Assembly (NCBI RefSeq): GCF_963921235.1
Contig: NC_086108.1
Location: 37,264,001 to 37,328,000 of the forward strand
Reading direction: 5' to 3'
Length of the DNA stretch: 64,000 nt
From: Mobula hypostoma
Lineage: Eukaryota
The stretch's first letter is position 1. Each line of letters starts with the position of its first letter. Positions 1 through 12,200 of this stretch are shown piece after piece. The position numbers and the translations under genes are program-made. The notes under the pieces are model-generated. The model was not told where the DNA came from and did not search any database. It saw nothing but the letters and a program-made list of their open reading frames with translations.

Positions 1-594
1 TGATTTTGAAATTCTGCAGTGAGCACTGTGAAACCCAGCACCAATGCAGCTATGTACTCTGCACTGAAAACTCAGCTTGACAAAAGCAGATAAAATCACA
101 GTAATGTCTCATTCAGGACCCTTTAGTGGACATCTCCTAGATGTGAGGTTTGCTACTTGCTTTACTGGGAGGGAAAAACAAAAATTGTTGGTTGCACAGT
201 ATTCTTCAGTTTCCCTCAGTAAAATGGTGATGATGATGTCATCAAGTGTATGATTGACACAATGAAAAAGTAAGGCATACAGATTTGAACAGTGTTCAAA
301 CATTTCCCAAGGGGCAGGTCTTCCACCAGATATGGTCGCTTTCATATTAAAACTTCCTAAATGCAGCATCTGTAAGTGAGCTGATTGGTACATTAGACAT
401 AAATGGATTAAATTTCCAGGCTTAGTCATTGCAGTAGCTAAGCCCTTGTTCAGGGTTTCCTTGATAATGTGAAAATACCTCACAGATTGCCTCTTGATGA
501 AACTTATTGAAGATGAGATGCTCTCCTAAAAAGCTAACTATAAATATGGCGGCCCTTATTTTTTTTTCTCTCTTCTTCTCTGCACCCTCTCCAG

Positions 595-678
595 TTGCGG
601 AGCTGCCTATCCACTCATGATTGTAATGGAATTGCCCAGCATCATCAAGAATCCATTTTAAGTTTTTGGAATCTGACG
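595..678 (+). CDS. Candidate 84-nt symmetric (phase 0) exon of an unidentified host gene, LRSCLSTHDCNGIAQHHQESILSFWNLT
   Basis: Long polypyrimidine tract ending ccctctccAG (594), 28 open codons, donor ACG|gttaga; non-repetitive context. Protein not recognised. Confidence 0.4.
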
Positions 679-2712
679 GTTAGAAGCAGAAGTAAGGCAA
701 AAAAAAAGGAGTGCATTTACATAATGAACTTTTCATCTATTCCATGTTCTGGCATGGAATAGCAACACAATGAAGTCATTTTGAAATAGGCATGATTGAA
801 ATATGGGAAAAACTGTGGTCATAAGTTGCAGAGTGATCATGACCAAAATATATTGAATGAGGGTTAAATATTACTCAATGCAAGAGACATAAAAGTTAAG
901 CATTAAAAGGATAATTGAGCAGCTGTCTTTAGAATGCAGAAAAACCATTTGGCTAACACTTTTGCAGGTTCTTTGCTACCTGATAGAACTAAATTACAAG
1001 TGAAATTAGCACATAGCAAGTTAAATTCTGAAGTAGAACAAATTCACAGAAACTTTTGTCAAGCATAGGGATATAATTTATAATTTTCTTTTCATTTATT
1101 TTAACCTTCTTCAGGATGGCTGCAGCAACATTCAGAAATCAAGTTCACTGCTTATAAACCACAGAGTTGTACTTCCAGAGGGCAAGTTAAAGATAGCTCT
1201 ATGAAGTTTGTATGTAGACCAGGATTTCATGATGATGATGAGGTTCATGACTTGGTTCAGATTACTGAATTCCGAAGCGGAGGATTCATCACTTACTTGT
1301 TACAGTGCCTGATCACCTACATCTGGTTTGATCCATGCCCTTCAAGACTAATAAACCTTGCCATTCTTCTAGAGCAACATGCATATGTTTACAAAGAAGC
1401 CTCAGCCAATTCTGGTGTGGAATGAATATTCAGCTGTCGCATTTGACCTTGCAACAATTAATTTATATTTAAAAGTGCGCACAGATTAACTTTTAAGCAT
1501 CCTCTTACAGATGCCAAGCAATGCCCCTCCTATCAGTCTTTGGGAATCCTCTTGTCTGGAACATTTCCAGTTTTTTAAATATTGGATAGGTTAAAAAAAT
1601 CTTTAAAATTTATGTTTTTCTGCAAAACTGCTCTTGCTATTAAAATAGCTCAAGCTTCAAACTAAATTCTAGAAAGAGCTTTGAAAGTTTAGTGTTCCTT
1701 GAATATTATTATAAGGCAGGGAAACATAAAAAAGTCATGCTGTGCAAGTTGGTCTGAATGTTGTTGTGATGTTGAAATCATCTTTATTACCCAAAACAAT
1801 ATATATTGTTTTCTTTTCAACAACTTTCAAGATTTTCCCTGTTATATTCAAGCACATTACCGCAAACTACCACAAAGAATATTTTACCCTCAAGGGATTT
1901 CATTACTGGCATAGTATCTACAAATGCAGTTAAATACAAAATGTAGTTAAAGACGTGGGAAAGAAGCAGATGGGGAGAGTGTGATGTGGTGAAGCCCGAC
2001 ACCAGTTTTACCACTGAAACTGATGGGAATGAGCAGCTATATTCCACCGGGCTCAAGTCAAGCGAGTTTGGTGCAATCTTCATGCTGTTCCAAATGACCA
2101 TAAACTCTAAGAACAATGAACTCCATGATTCTATGCAAGTATGAGAAATAATCAATTTGCCCTTATATGGCATCCTTCATGAACTCTGGACATCTCAATT
2201 GTTTTAAATTCTTTTTTTAACAACATTAATTCTCTCACAATGTTTGTATAAAAGATTTCTACCAGAACAGGCAATGTTTTACTTTTTCTACTCAATGCAT
2301 TCTTCTTTGTACATAGAACATGTATATTTTCATTAAACAGCAAAGCAATAGCTATGTCCACAGTCGTATTCAGCACACAGGAGGTTAGTTGGGGATGCAG
2401 CAAGAAAAACTTGCACACATTGAGATTGCCATAAAGATGACTCACTAAAGATAGTACTGCTGCAAAAATAGACCCAAAAGAACATGTGACTTGCTAGTAA
2501 AATCTACAGCCATCTAACATTTCCATGCTCTACACTTCAGAAGCAATATTGGAGCTAGAATATGCCCAAGCAGAGTATGCAAAGGTCGTAGCATCAGATA
2601 GGTCCTTCGAATGCTTACCTGTGTTGTGGCACCTTGCAGGCAGTGATTTTACAAGATCTGTTTGACTATCTATTGGACCTCAAAATACTACTGCCTGAAC
2701 ATTTGTAATACA

Positions 2713-3999
2713 TAGAAACATAGAAAATAGGTTCAGGAGTAGGCCGTTCGGCCCTTCAAGCCTGCACCGCCATTTAATATGATCATGGCTGATCATCCAA
2801 CTCAGAACCCTGCCCCAGCCTTCCCTCCATACCCCCTGATCCCTGTAGCCACAAGGGCCATATCTAACTCCCTCTTAAATATAGCCAATGAACTGGCCTC
2901 AACTGTTTCCTGTGGCAGAGAATTCCACAGATTCACCACTCTCTGTGTGAAGAAGTTTTTCCTAATCTCGGTCCTAAAAGGCTTCCCCTTTATCCTCAAA
3001 CTGTGACCCCTCGTTCTGGACTTCTCCAACATCGGGAACAATCTTCCTGCATCTAGGCTGTCCAATCCCTTTAGGATTTTATACGTTTCAATCAGATCCC
3101 CCCTCAATCTTCTAAATTCCAACGAGTACAAGCCCAGTTCATCCAGTCTTTCTTCATATGAAAGTCCTGCCATCCCAGGAATCAATCTGGTGAACCTTCT
3201 TTGTACTCCCTCTATGGCAAGGATGTCTTTCCTCAGATTAGGGGACCAAAACTGCACACAATACTCCAGGTGTGGTCTCACCAAGGCCTTATAGAACTGC
3301 AGTAGTACCTCCCTGCTCCTGTACTCGAATCCTCTCGCTATAAATGCCAGCATACCATTCGCCTTTTTCACCGCCTGCTGTACCTACATGCCCACTTTCA
3401 ATGACTGGTGTATAATGACACTCAGATCTCGTTGCACCTCCCCTTTTCCTAATTGGCCACCATTCAGATAATAATCTGTTTTCTTATTTTTGCCACCAAA
3501 GTGGATAACTTCACACTTATCCACATTAAATTGCATCTGCCATGAATTTGCCCACTCACTCAACCTATCCAAGTCACCCTGCATCCTCTTAGCATCCTCC
3601 TCACAGTTAACACTGCCACCCAGCTTCGTGTCATCCGCAAACTTGGAGATGCTGCATTTAATTCCCTCATCCAAGACATTAATATATATTGTAAACAACT
3701 GGGGTCCCAGCACTGAGCCTTGCGGTACCCCACTAGTCACTGCCAGCCATTCTGAAAAGGTCCTGTTTATTCCCACTCTTTGCTTCCTGTCTGCTAACCA
3801 ATTCTCTATCCACATCAATACCTTACCCCCAATACCGTGTGCTTTAAGTTTGCACACTAATCTCCTGTGTGGGACCTTGTCAAAAGCCTTTTGAAAATCC
3901 AAATATGCCACATCCACTGGTTCTCCCCTATCCACTCTACTAGTTACATCCTCAAAAAATTCTATGAGATTCGTCAGACACGATTTTCCTTTCACAAAT
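2713..3999 (-). mobile_element. Young CR1 LINE, 5'-truncated (RT C-terminal part of ORF2 plus 3' UTR)
   Basis: ORFs 3384..3995 and 2802..3371 carry YLDFQKAFDKVPH, GVPQGSVLGP, KFADDTKL and RPHLEYCVQFWSP, separated by one in-frame TAG; (TTTCTATG)n tail at ~2710-2730; possible TSD AATACA (2707-2712 / 3997-4002). Confidence 0.95.
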
Positions 4000-5029
4000 A
4001 CAGTACACCATACAATGTAATTTCAGTAAATCAAACAATGGTAAAATTAGCAAGTTTCTGTGAGTTCCCTGGCATTGTTTGGAACAACAGTGAATCAAAA
4101 GTCATACCATATAGTTTACCCAGTTATCTGATGTACACTTACACTCTGCAGAACTTGTTGAATGGGCAGGATGTGGGAAATTAAAAGTAGCTGGGAAGGA
4201 GGATCACCACCAAGAGAGGAGTAAATCACCAGCAAAAAGAAGGATTATAAACTGTGAGGGAGATATAAGCAACCAAAATGCCGGCAGTTTTTCCAGGTTA
4301 ATATTTAGCATCATTGGACAGCAATGTTACTTGCCATCTGCTTCCAAAATTAATAATGACATGCAAAAAATAAGAGAGCTGCAACCCTACTGTCGAGGAG
4401 GCTAATGAATCATTGGGTTGTAAGATGGTCTTCCTGCTTCAATGGAGTAAAACGGTTTTGTTTGATCTGATGTGGGGACAAATACAACCAGAGAAGTGTT
4501 CAGAGTTTGGAAGTGTACCTTGGCCAAATGATTTTGGACGAGTGAAAGTTCAATCTGAGGCAAAATGTAGATTGGAAACATTTTCAGAATGTCATATTGA
4601 GTCTGCATCATCTGCCAAAGTCATTAGCCAGCCGAATGTGCTGATTCGTAATGGAAATACACAAAAGTATCAGGAAATACCTGGATATGATCTAAAAAGA
4701 AGCAGTAATTGCCTTTAACCTGACCTACTGGAGTTTATTTATTGGCTCAATTCAGCTACAATTTTGACTGCTCTCTGAGTTAGTCATGCAGACAGATACT
4801 CTGACAACATTTAAGGATCTAGGCAAACTCTGAGTCACCAAGGCACAGAAGGCTAGTGTTTGTAAATGGTAAGCGGGATTAGTGTAGCTGGTTACTTGAA
4901 GGTCAGCACGGATATGGTAGGCAGATAGGCCTTTATCTGTACAGTGTAATTCCATGATTCTATTTGCTAGCTAGGCACCAGACACTGGAAATACTTTTTC
5001 CACTACTTATATTTAAAATAGCTAAAGGC

Positions 5030-6170
5030 AAACTGTATATGTGAGTTTATTTCAGGGAATCTGAAATAATAAAGCAAATAAGTCTCATTGCTATAATATT
5101 GGACTTTGGTGCGATCAGACTTAGAACATTGTGTGCAGTTTTGGTCCCCTAATCTGAGGAAAGACATCTTTGCCATAGAGGGAGTACAAAGAAGGTTCAC
5201 CAGATTGATTCCTGGGATGGCAGGACTTTCATATGAAGAAAGACTGGATGAACTGGGCTTGTACTCATTGGAATTTAGAAGATTGAGGGGGGATGTGATT
5301 GAAACGTATAAAATCCTGAAGGGATTGGACAGGCTAGATGCAGGAAGATTGTTCCCGATGTTGGGGAAGTCCAGAACGAGGGGTCACAGTTTGAGGATAA
5401 AGGGGAAGCCTTTTAGGACCGAGATTAGGAAAAACTTCTTCACACAGAGAGTGGTGAATCTGTGGAATTCTCTGCCACAGGAAACTGTTGAGGCCAGTTC
5501 ATTGGCTATGTTTAAGAGGGAGTTGGATATGGCCCTTGTGGCTACAGGGGTCAGGGGGTATGGAGGGAAGGCTGAGGCAGGGTTCTGAGTTGGATGATCA
5601 GCCATGATCATAATAAATGGCGGTGCAGGCTCGAAGGGCCGAATGGCCTACTCCTGCACCTGTTTTCTATGTTTCTATGTTTCTATTATAAATAGTTTTC
5701 TTCTCCCCATCTAAGAAAAGAGAGGCTTGCCTGTTTTAGAGATAAAGCCAACAAAGTTTTACTCGAACCATACTTGAGACAGGGGAACTGTCTCAAGAAA
5801 AATCGTGTGGAGTAGAAATGTATTCGCCATTGGTTAGAAGGCAGAATATCTTCAAAGATTCTCAGAAGGTTTGACAGAGAAGATGCTGAAAAAATTATTT
5901 CCTCAGGTTGGCATGTTGAAAATCAAGGGTTATGGCTTTGAGAACAGATCTGGTCATTCAGTAGTAAGATGTAGAAGCATTTGGCTTTTGCACATTGTTG
6001 GAATTTTCTGCAGCAGAAAGGTATGGATGCTCATATGACGAGGATAAAAAGCAGATTTTTGGATACAAATGGAATCCAATGAGGAAAAAGTATTGAGAGA
6101 AAATAGAGAAGATCACTTCACATCTTATTGAAAGACAAATCTGACTTAATGGACAAAATAACATTCTCCT
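5030..6170 (+). mobile_element. Old decayed CR1 LINE interrupted by the young CR1 at 5128-5686
   Basis: 5' flank reads ..LVRSDLEH; 3' flank resumes with FSSPHLRKE and later FDREDAE..LFPQVGMLKIKGYG, matching CR1 GLDRLDAGRLFPMLGKSRTRGHS. Confidence 0.75.
5128..5686 (+). mobile_element. Young CR1 LINE 3' fragment (same family as 2713-3999)
   Basis: ORF 5106..5588 is nearly identical in protein to the C-terminal part of ORF 2802..3371; ends in (TTTCTATG)n tail. Confidence 0.95.
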
Positions 6171-6177
6171 AATTCCC

Positions 6178-7362
6178 TTAGGACGAGGGAGATGTCTTCC
6201 TTTTTTAAAGAAAGGGGTTTCCCTTCCTCCACTATCAACTCTGCTCTTAAACGCATCTTCCCCACTTCACGTACATCTGCTCTCACTCCATCCTCCCGCC
6301 ACCCCTCTAGGAATAGGGTTCCCCTGGTCCTCACCTACCACCCCACCAGCCTCCGGGTTCAACATGTTATTCTCCGTAACTTCCGCCACCCCCAACGGGA
6401 TCCCACCACTAAGCACATCTTTCCCTCCCCACCTCTCTCTGCATTCTGCAGGGATCACTCCCTATGCGACTCCCTTGTCCATTTGTCCCCCCCATCCCTC
6501 CCCACTGATCTCCCTCCTGGCACTTATCCGTGTAAGCAGAACAAGTGCAACACGTGCCCTTACACTTCCTCCCTTACCACCATTCAGGGCCCCAAACAGT
6601 CCTTCCAGGTGAGGCAACACTTCACCTGTGAGTTGGCTAGGGTGATATACTGCGTCCGGTGCTCCCAATGTGGCCTTTTATATATTGGCGAGACCCGATG
6701 CAGACTGAGAGACCGCTTTGCTGAACACCTACGCTCTGTCCGCCAGAGAAAGCAGGATCTCCCAGTGGCCACACATTTTAATTCCACATCCCATTCCCAT
6801 TCTGACATGTCTATCCACGGCCTCCTCTACTGTAAAGATGAAGCCACACTCAGGTTGGAGGAACAACATCTTATATTCCATCTGGGTAGCCTCCAACCTG
6901 ATGGCGTGAACATCGACTTCTCTAACTTCCGCTAATGCCCCACCTCCCCCTCGTACCCCATCTGTTACTTATTTTTATACACACATTCTTTCTCTCACTC
7001 TGCTTTTTCTCCCTCTGTCCCTCTGAATATACCCCTTGCCCATCCTCTGGGTACCCCCTCTTGTCTTTCTTCCCGGACCTCCTGTCCCATGATCCTCTCA
7101 TATCCCTTTTGCCTATCACCTGTCCAGCTCTTGGCTCCATCCCTCCCCCTCCTGTCTTCTCCTATCATTTTGGATCTCCCCCTCCCCCTCCAACTTTCAA
7201 ATCCCTTACTCACTCTTCCTTCAGTTAGTCCTGACGAAGGGTCTCGGCCTGAAACGTCGACTGTACCTCTTCCTAGAGATGCTGCCTGGCCTGCTGCGTT
7301 CACCAGCAACTTTGATGTTTGTTGCTTGAATTTCCAGCATCTGCAGAATTCCTGTTGTTTGC
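6178..7362 (+). mobile_element. Penelope-like element (PLE), 5'-truncated, with GIY-YIG endonuclease
   Basis: ORF 6192..6935 has CKQNKCNTC, VIYCVRCSQCGLLYIGET..RLRDRFAEH and RLEEQHLIF..LGSLQPDG; pyrimidine-rich 3' region with hammerhead motif. Confidence 0.93.
7227..7262 (+). ncRNA. Minimal type I hammerhead ribozyme motif in PLE 3' region
   Basis: AGTC-CTGACGA-AGG(GTCTCGG)CCT-GAAA-C-GTC-GACT: stem I AGTC/GACT, CUGAnGA and GAAA cores, stem II AGG/CCT, palindromic ACGT stem III, GUC cleavage triplet. Confidence 0.85.
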
Positions 7363-7747
7363 ATTCTCTTAATCTCATTTCTTTTATTTGTGTATTAAAT
7401 TTCTTTGTTACAGTGTCCAGCAACATAATGGGGATGGATTTCTGTGTCATTTTCAATGAATTTTTAGTTCTTCAATGATGTATAAATAGCAAAGGAAATT
7501 TTCTGCAATTTGCTCTGCCCTCATTGACAAGCTTCACAGCCAACCTGGAAGAAAATGGCAAATGTAGGATAAAAGACAATAAGGGATGAATGACTGCAAT
7601 TAAGAGAAAGAGGGTGCAATTGAATACACCTTTTTTTTAAATGTATGGTTGGATGTATGACAATGCCAGAAAAGGGCAGTTGATCACATTGGAATCTCCT
7701 GTGTTTGTAAATATGCTGGAATTCTTCAGCAACATACAGAAAATGCC

Positions 7748-7930
7748 AGCCAGTGGTGTAGTGGTGAGCGGCCCCAGGTTCGAATCTGGCTAGCTTCTTG
7801 CACGCTTTTCATCCATGCTGGTCTGAGCGTCTGGCTAGCAACTCAGCCTCATAAAAACAGAAAAATGCTAAAGAAAGGGCAAGCTTGCTGGCTGATGTTC
7901 TAAAGGCACAGAAAGGAACAACAACAACAA
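7748..7930 (+). mobile_element. tRNA-derived SINE with (CAA)n tail
   Basis: A-box TGGTGTAGTGG, B-box GGTTCGAATCT, 3' ACAACAACAACAA tail. Confidence 0.65.
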
Positions 7931-8835
7931 CACACAAAATGCTGGAGGAACTCAGCAGATCAGGCAATATTTATGGTGGGAATAAATAAATGATGTTTTA
8001 GGCTGAGATCCTTCATTAGGACTTGAAAGGAAAGCAGCAGAAGCCAACTAAGAAGGTGAGAGGAGGGAAGGAATACAAACTGGCAGGAGATAGGTGAAGC
8101 CAGTTGAGGGGGAAGGTAGCTATGTGGAGGAGGGGATGAAGTAAGATGGGATAGATGTAAGAAATAGGTGAGTGATCCTACCTTTTACCTGGGATCCTCG
8201 CTGGGCCCAAACTAGGAGTCCTGAAAACAGAGATGGCAATCTATGTGGTGCAAGGTGGCAGCAGAGATGAAGGCAGGATCTCTCGGTGACTTCTCATTTC
8301 AGTTAGATGTTCCATTCTCAATGTCTGATCATGGCCTCCTGTACTGCCACGAAGAGGCAAAGCTCAGAATGGAGGAGCAACACCTCATATTCTGTCTGTG
8401 TAGCCTCAAGCCTGATGGTATGTGCATTGATTTCTCCAACTTCTGATAATTTCTCCCTCTTCCTCTTTTTTTCATTCACCATTCTGGTTAGCCTCTTATC
8501 CCTTCTTGTCTCTTCACCCTACTCATCACCTGACTGTTTACCCTCCACCTTCTCCTTATTCCATGATCTTATCAGATTCCTTCTTCAGCTCTTTACTCCT
8601 TTCACCCATCACCCCCACACTTCTCATATCAAACCCCCCACCTCTCGTCCATCTACCCACTTCTCTCCTCACATAGTTTCACCCATTACCTGTCAGCATG
8701 TACTCTTCCCCCTCCCCCCATCGTATTCTGACTTCTGCCCCCTTCTTTTCCAGTCCTGATGAAGGGTCTTGGCCAAAAATGTTGACTGTTTATATCCCTC
8801 CATAGCTGTTCCTCCAGCATTTTATGTGCGTTGTT
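7930..8835. mobile_element. Older PLE: inverted 3'-end segment (7930-8170, minus) plus plus-strand GIY-YIG C-terminus and 3' end (8310-8835)
   Basis: ORF 8243..8446 HGLLYCHEEAKLRMEEQHLIFCLCSLKPDGMCIDFSNF; decayed hammerheads at ~7990-8023 (-) and 8752-8788 (+). Confidence 0.8.
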
Positions 8836-9222
8836 CCGCACTTCGTCACTGTTGTCAGCAACCAAATGAGTTCTTTTTTTTCATTCATTTACAGGATGTG
8901 GTCAGTATTTATTGCCCATCCCTAGCTGCCCTTGAGAAGGTGGTGATGAGCTGCCTTCTTGAACCTGAGGTGCAGGTACACCCACAGTGCTGTTCGGTTT
9001 AAAGAGTTTGAAGGAAGGGATATGTACCGACCAGATTCTACCTCCATAGTTGCCTAGCTTGTTTGAACTTTTGTGAAGGAAGTTGATAAACGTTGGCGTT
9101 CAGAAGAGGGGAGTGATATGAGAGATACAGCACTGCGAAAATAGATTAAATAAGAAATACAATTGTTAACACTCAGCATTTATAGAGAGAAGCAGAATCA
9201 ATATTTTGGCAAACGCAAAATG

Positions 9223-12200
9223 TGTCAGGAAATGTGGAGGAGGCTTGATCCAAAAGCAGAGCATCAGAGACGTTTCAGCAATGAATTACAACTTTAATAA
9301 TAGATTGCAAAACTTAAAAGCTATGTGCAGCTACAAAGCGCGAGAAAACAGATATTAAGCACCACGGGGAGCAAAGTAACTGGAGGCAGGGAGCAACTGG
9401 TTGAGGCTGGCTGGTCCAATGGGTGAACAAGGACTGTGGCTGAGAGCTGGGTTTAAAAGGGCTGTTGGTCATTATTTGGGAACAAGTAGCAGGTGATTCT
9501 TGCTCATTGGGAATAGCCCGGGAGAATCTGGACAGGTCTGGTGGAACTCCTGAATGAGCGATGGATCCAGGATGAAACCGAACAGCACCAAGACCTCTCC
9601 TCCAGTCTGTAGCCTTCCAAGTCAACCAGGTATAGCACACCCTGCCCATTATGACATGAATCTATCAATCAGTGAACTGTGCATACAGGACTAGCTCACT
9701 ATCCTAGGTTCCGGAGCTGTAGGCTAGGGTGAGTGGAGTGGTCCATGGACAACTGGCTTGAGGTAAGACATGTGGAAGGTAGATGTGATTCCGAGAGTCG
9801 GTGGCAGCTGGAGATGGTACGTGACTTGTTTGATGTGATGGATAGTTTTTAAGGGACCAGTGCACCAGGACAAGAGCATGTGGGAGTCAGTGCACAGGGG
9901 CAAATCTCAGGTGGATAGCCAAATACAGTCCCAGGCTGGAAAAGTCTGGATGTGCACCACCAGTGGTTGGGTTAGCAGGAGTAAGCATGGTTGTCAGCTA
10001 GAGTGCCCTCTGTGCCCGCTTCCAAGCATTCCAGTAACAACAAACGGTGGACGGGACCTTCGCAGTTCGCTCCTCCATGGGGGTCAATGGGTTTCGTAGC
10101 CATAAGGCACTTTTAGCAGAGAAGATGTGCAGACTGTGGGACAGTTTGGTCAACAGCAGATACTTCTTCCATGTGGAAGAGTTAGAGGCAGTAAAGCACT
10201 TTTCGGCTTGCTTATTGATATCTTCTGACTGAAGGTTGGTCAGCGAATAATAGCCAGAGAACAAACCCACTGAGGTGCAGAGGAGGGAACAGAAGGCTTG
10301 CCAGAAGCAAGTGAAGAATCGCAGGCTCCAGTCCAACATAATATCCTGAGGGATACTGTGGAGGCAAGTTAAATGTTTTAGAACCAGGTCTGCTATCACA
10401 GCAGCTGACGGAAGTTTGGAGAGCGCAAAGAAGTGGGCTGCTTTGGAGAACCGGTCCACCACTGTCATGATCAGTGGCCCCATCGCAAGGGAGCAAACCC
10501 GTGATGAAATCCATGGATTGTGGGACAATGGGTATTGGGGTGCCAGCAAGGACAGTGGGAGAACAGAAGGCTACTTCTTTTCTTTTGAGGAATTGGACTG
10601 GTGCTGAGGACAGGCAGCAACAAACTGACATACATCTGTGCTCATGGTGGCCCACCAGAGCTGGCATAATGGAAAATCCAGAGCCTGCCGTGCACACTGG
10701 GTGGCCAGTGAGGGCTGAAGTGGTGAGGAGTGGGCCCACTGGAGTGCCTGAGAGTGCACAGCCACTGAGGTGTAGATGCTGTTGTCAGGTGTTGGCAAGT
10801 GCAAGCATGTACTGTAGGGCCTGGCAGATCTTGTTCTCAAGATCCCAGATGATTGGCTGAGAATCTGTGAGGATGGAATGATGGGCTGAGGGTCGACTGG
10901 TTGTGACTGGGCCTTCACCTTAGTGTACTTGGAGCTAAGTCGGTAGGATATGGTGAAATTGAATTGCTCAAAGAAGAGGGCCCAGATTAATTTGGTGGGT
11001 TAATTAATGGGTTAATTTGGTGGGTTTGTTCTATGGATATGGTGGTCAGCCCAGATTAGGAAGGGCTTAGTGTTTCCCATCAGCCAGTGACTCCATTCTT
11101 CAAAGGACCATTTAATGGTCGGTGTCTCGCTGTCTTCTACTTCAAAACAGCACTATGTAGAGTTGAACTTGTGAGAGAAGAAGGCACAAGGGCATGTCTT
11201 CCCATCTGGTTCTCACTGGGAGAAGATGGCCCTGCTGCCCACCTCAAATGCATCCACCTCTGCCACAAAAGGTAAAGGATTTCAAATGGTGGAGAATGGG
11301 AGCAGAGGTTAAGTATCTCTTGAGCTCCTTGAAAGCATGGTCTGCCACAATAGACTAGATTACTTGTGAGGTAGGTGATTTGGTGAAAGAGGTGAGGAGC
11401 AGTGACTTGTTTATAGTTCCCGATGAAATGGTGGTAGAAGTTGGAGAAACTCAAATCACGCTGTAGCTGTTTGAGGGGGCACGGCTGAGGTTATACAATG
11501 ATGTTGCACACTTTCTCTGGGCCCATGGTTGTGCCTTGGGGTGAAAGGATATAACCCAGGAAGGAAATGACTGGGATGTGGAACTGACATTTCTCTAACT
11601 TGCAGTACAGTTGGTTTTTGAGGAGACGATGAACAACTGAACAGAAGTGACAGGTGTGATCTTGGGGGTTCTTGGAGAAGATGAGGAGGTCATCAAAGTA
11701 GATGAACACATACCTGTGTAGCATATCTCGGAGGATCTAATTAAGGTGGCTTGGAAAATGGCTGGACTGTTGCAAAGTCCAAAAGGCATCACCAAGTATT
11801 CATAGTGGCCAACTGTGTTATGAATGCCATCTTCCAATCATCCCCCTGGCGGATGCAGATCAGGTTGCATGAATACCTGGGTCTTGTGGAGTGTTTTGAA
11901 CGCACGTTCCATCAAAGGGAGAGGGTCATGGTTCTCAATGGTGAATTTATTGAGTCTACAGTAGTCGATGCTTGGATGGAGACCCCCCTCCCCCCACCCC
12001 AATCTTTCTTTTTGGAAAAGAAAAGCCTTGCGCCAGCTGGGAATGAGATAATGAAATGAAGCTGCGCTGTAGAGCTTTTGCAATGTAATCATTTATGGCT
12101 TGGGTCTCAGGAGGGGAGGGGGAGAGCAGACGATGTTGGAAGGCCTGGTGTCCGGTAGTAGGTCGATCAAGCAGTTGTGTCATCTGTGAGGTGGCAGGGA

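Noticed and set aside
109..483. 124-aa minus-strand ORF (and 1201..1425 on plus)
   Set aside because: No recognisable motif or supporting gene structure; lengths are compatible with chance.
6922..7478. Overlapping ORFs in PLE 3' regions (also 29793-30253)
   Set aside because: Low-complexity pyrimidine/purine tract of a repeat; not credible proteins.
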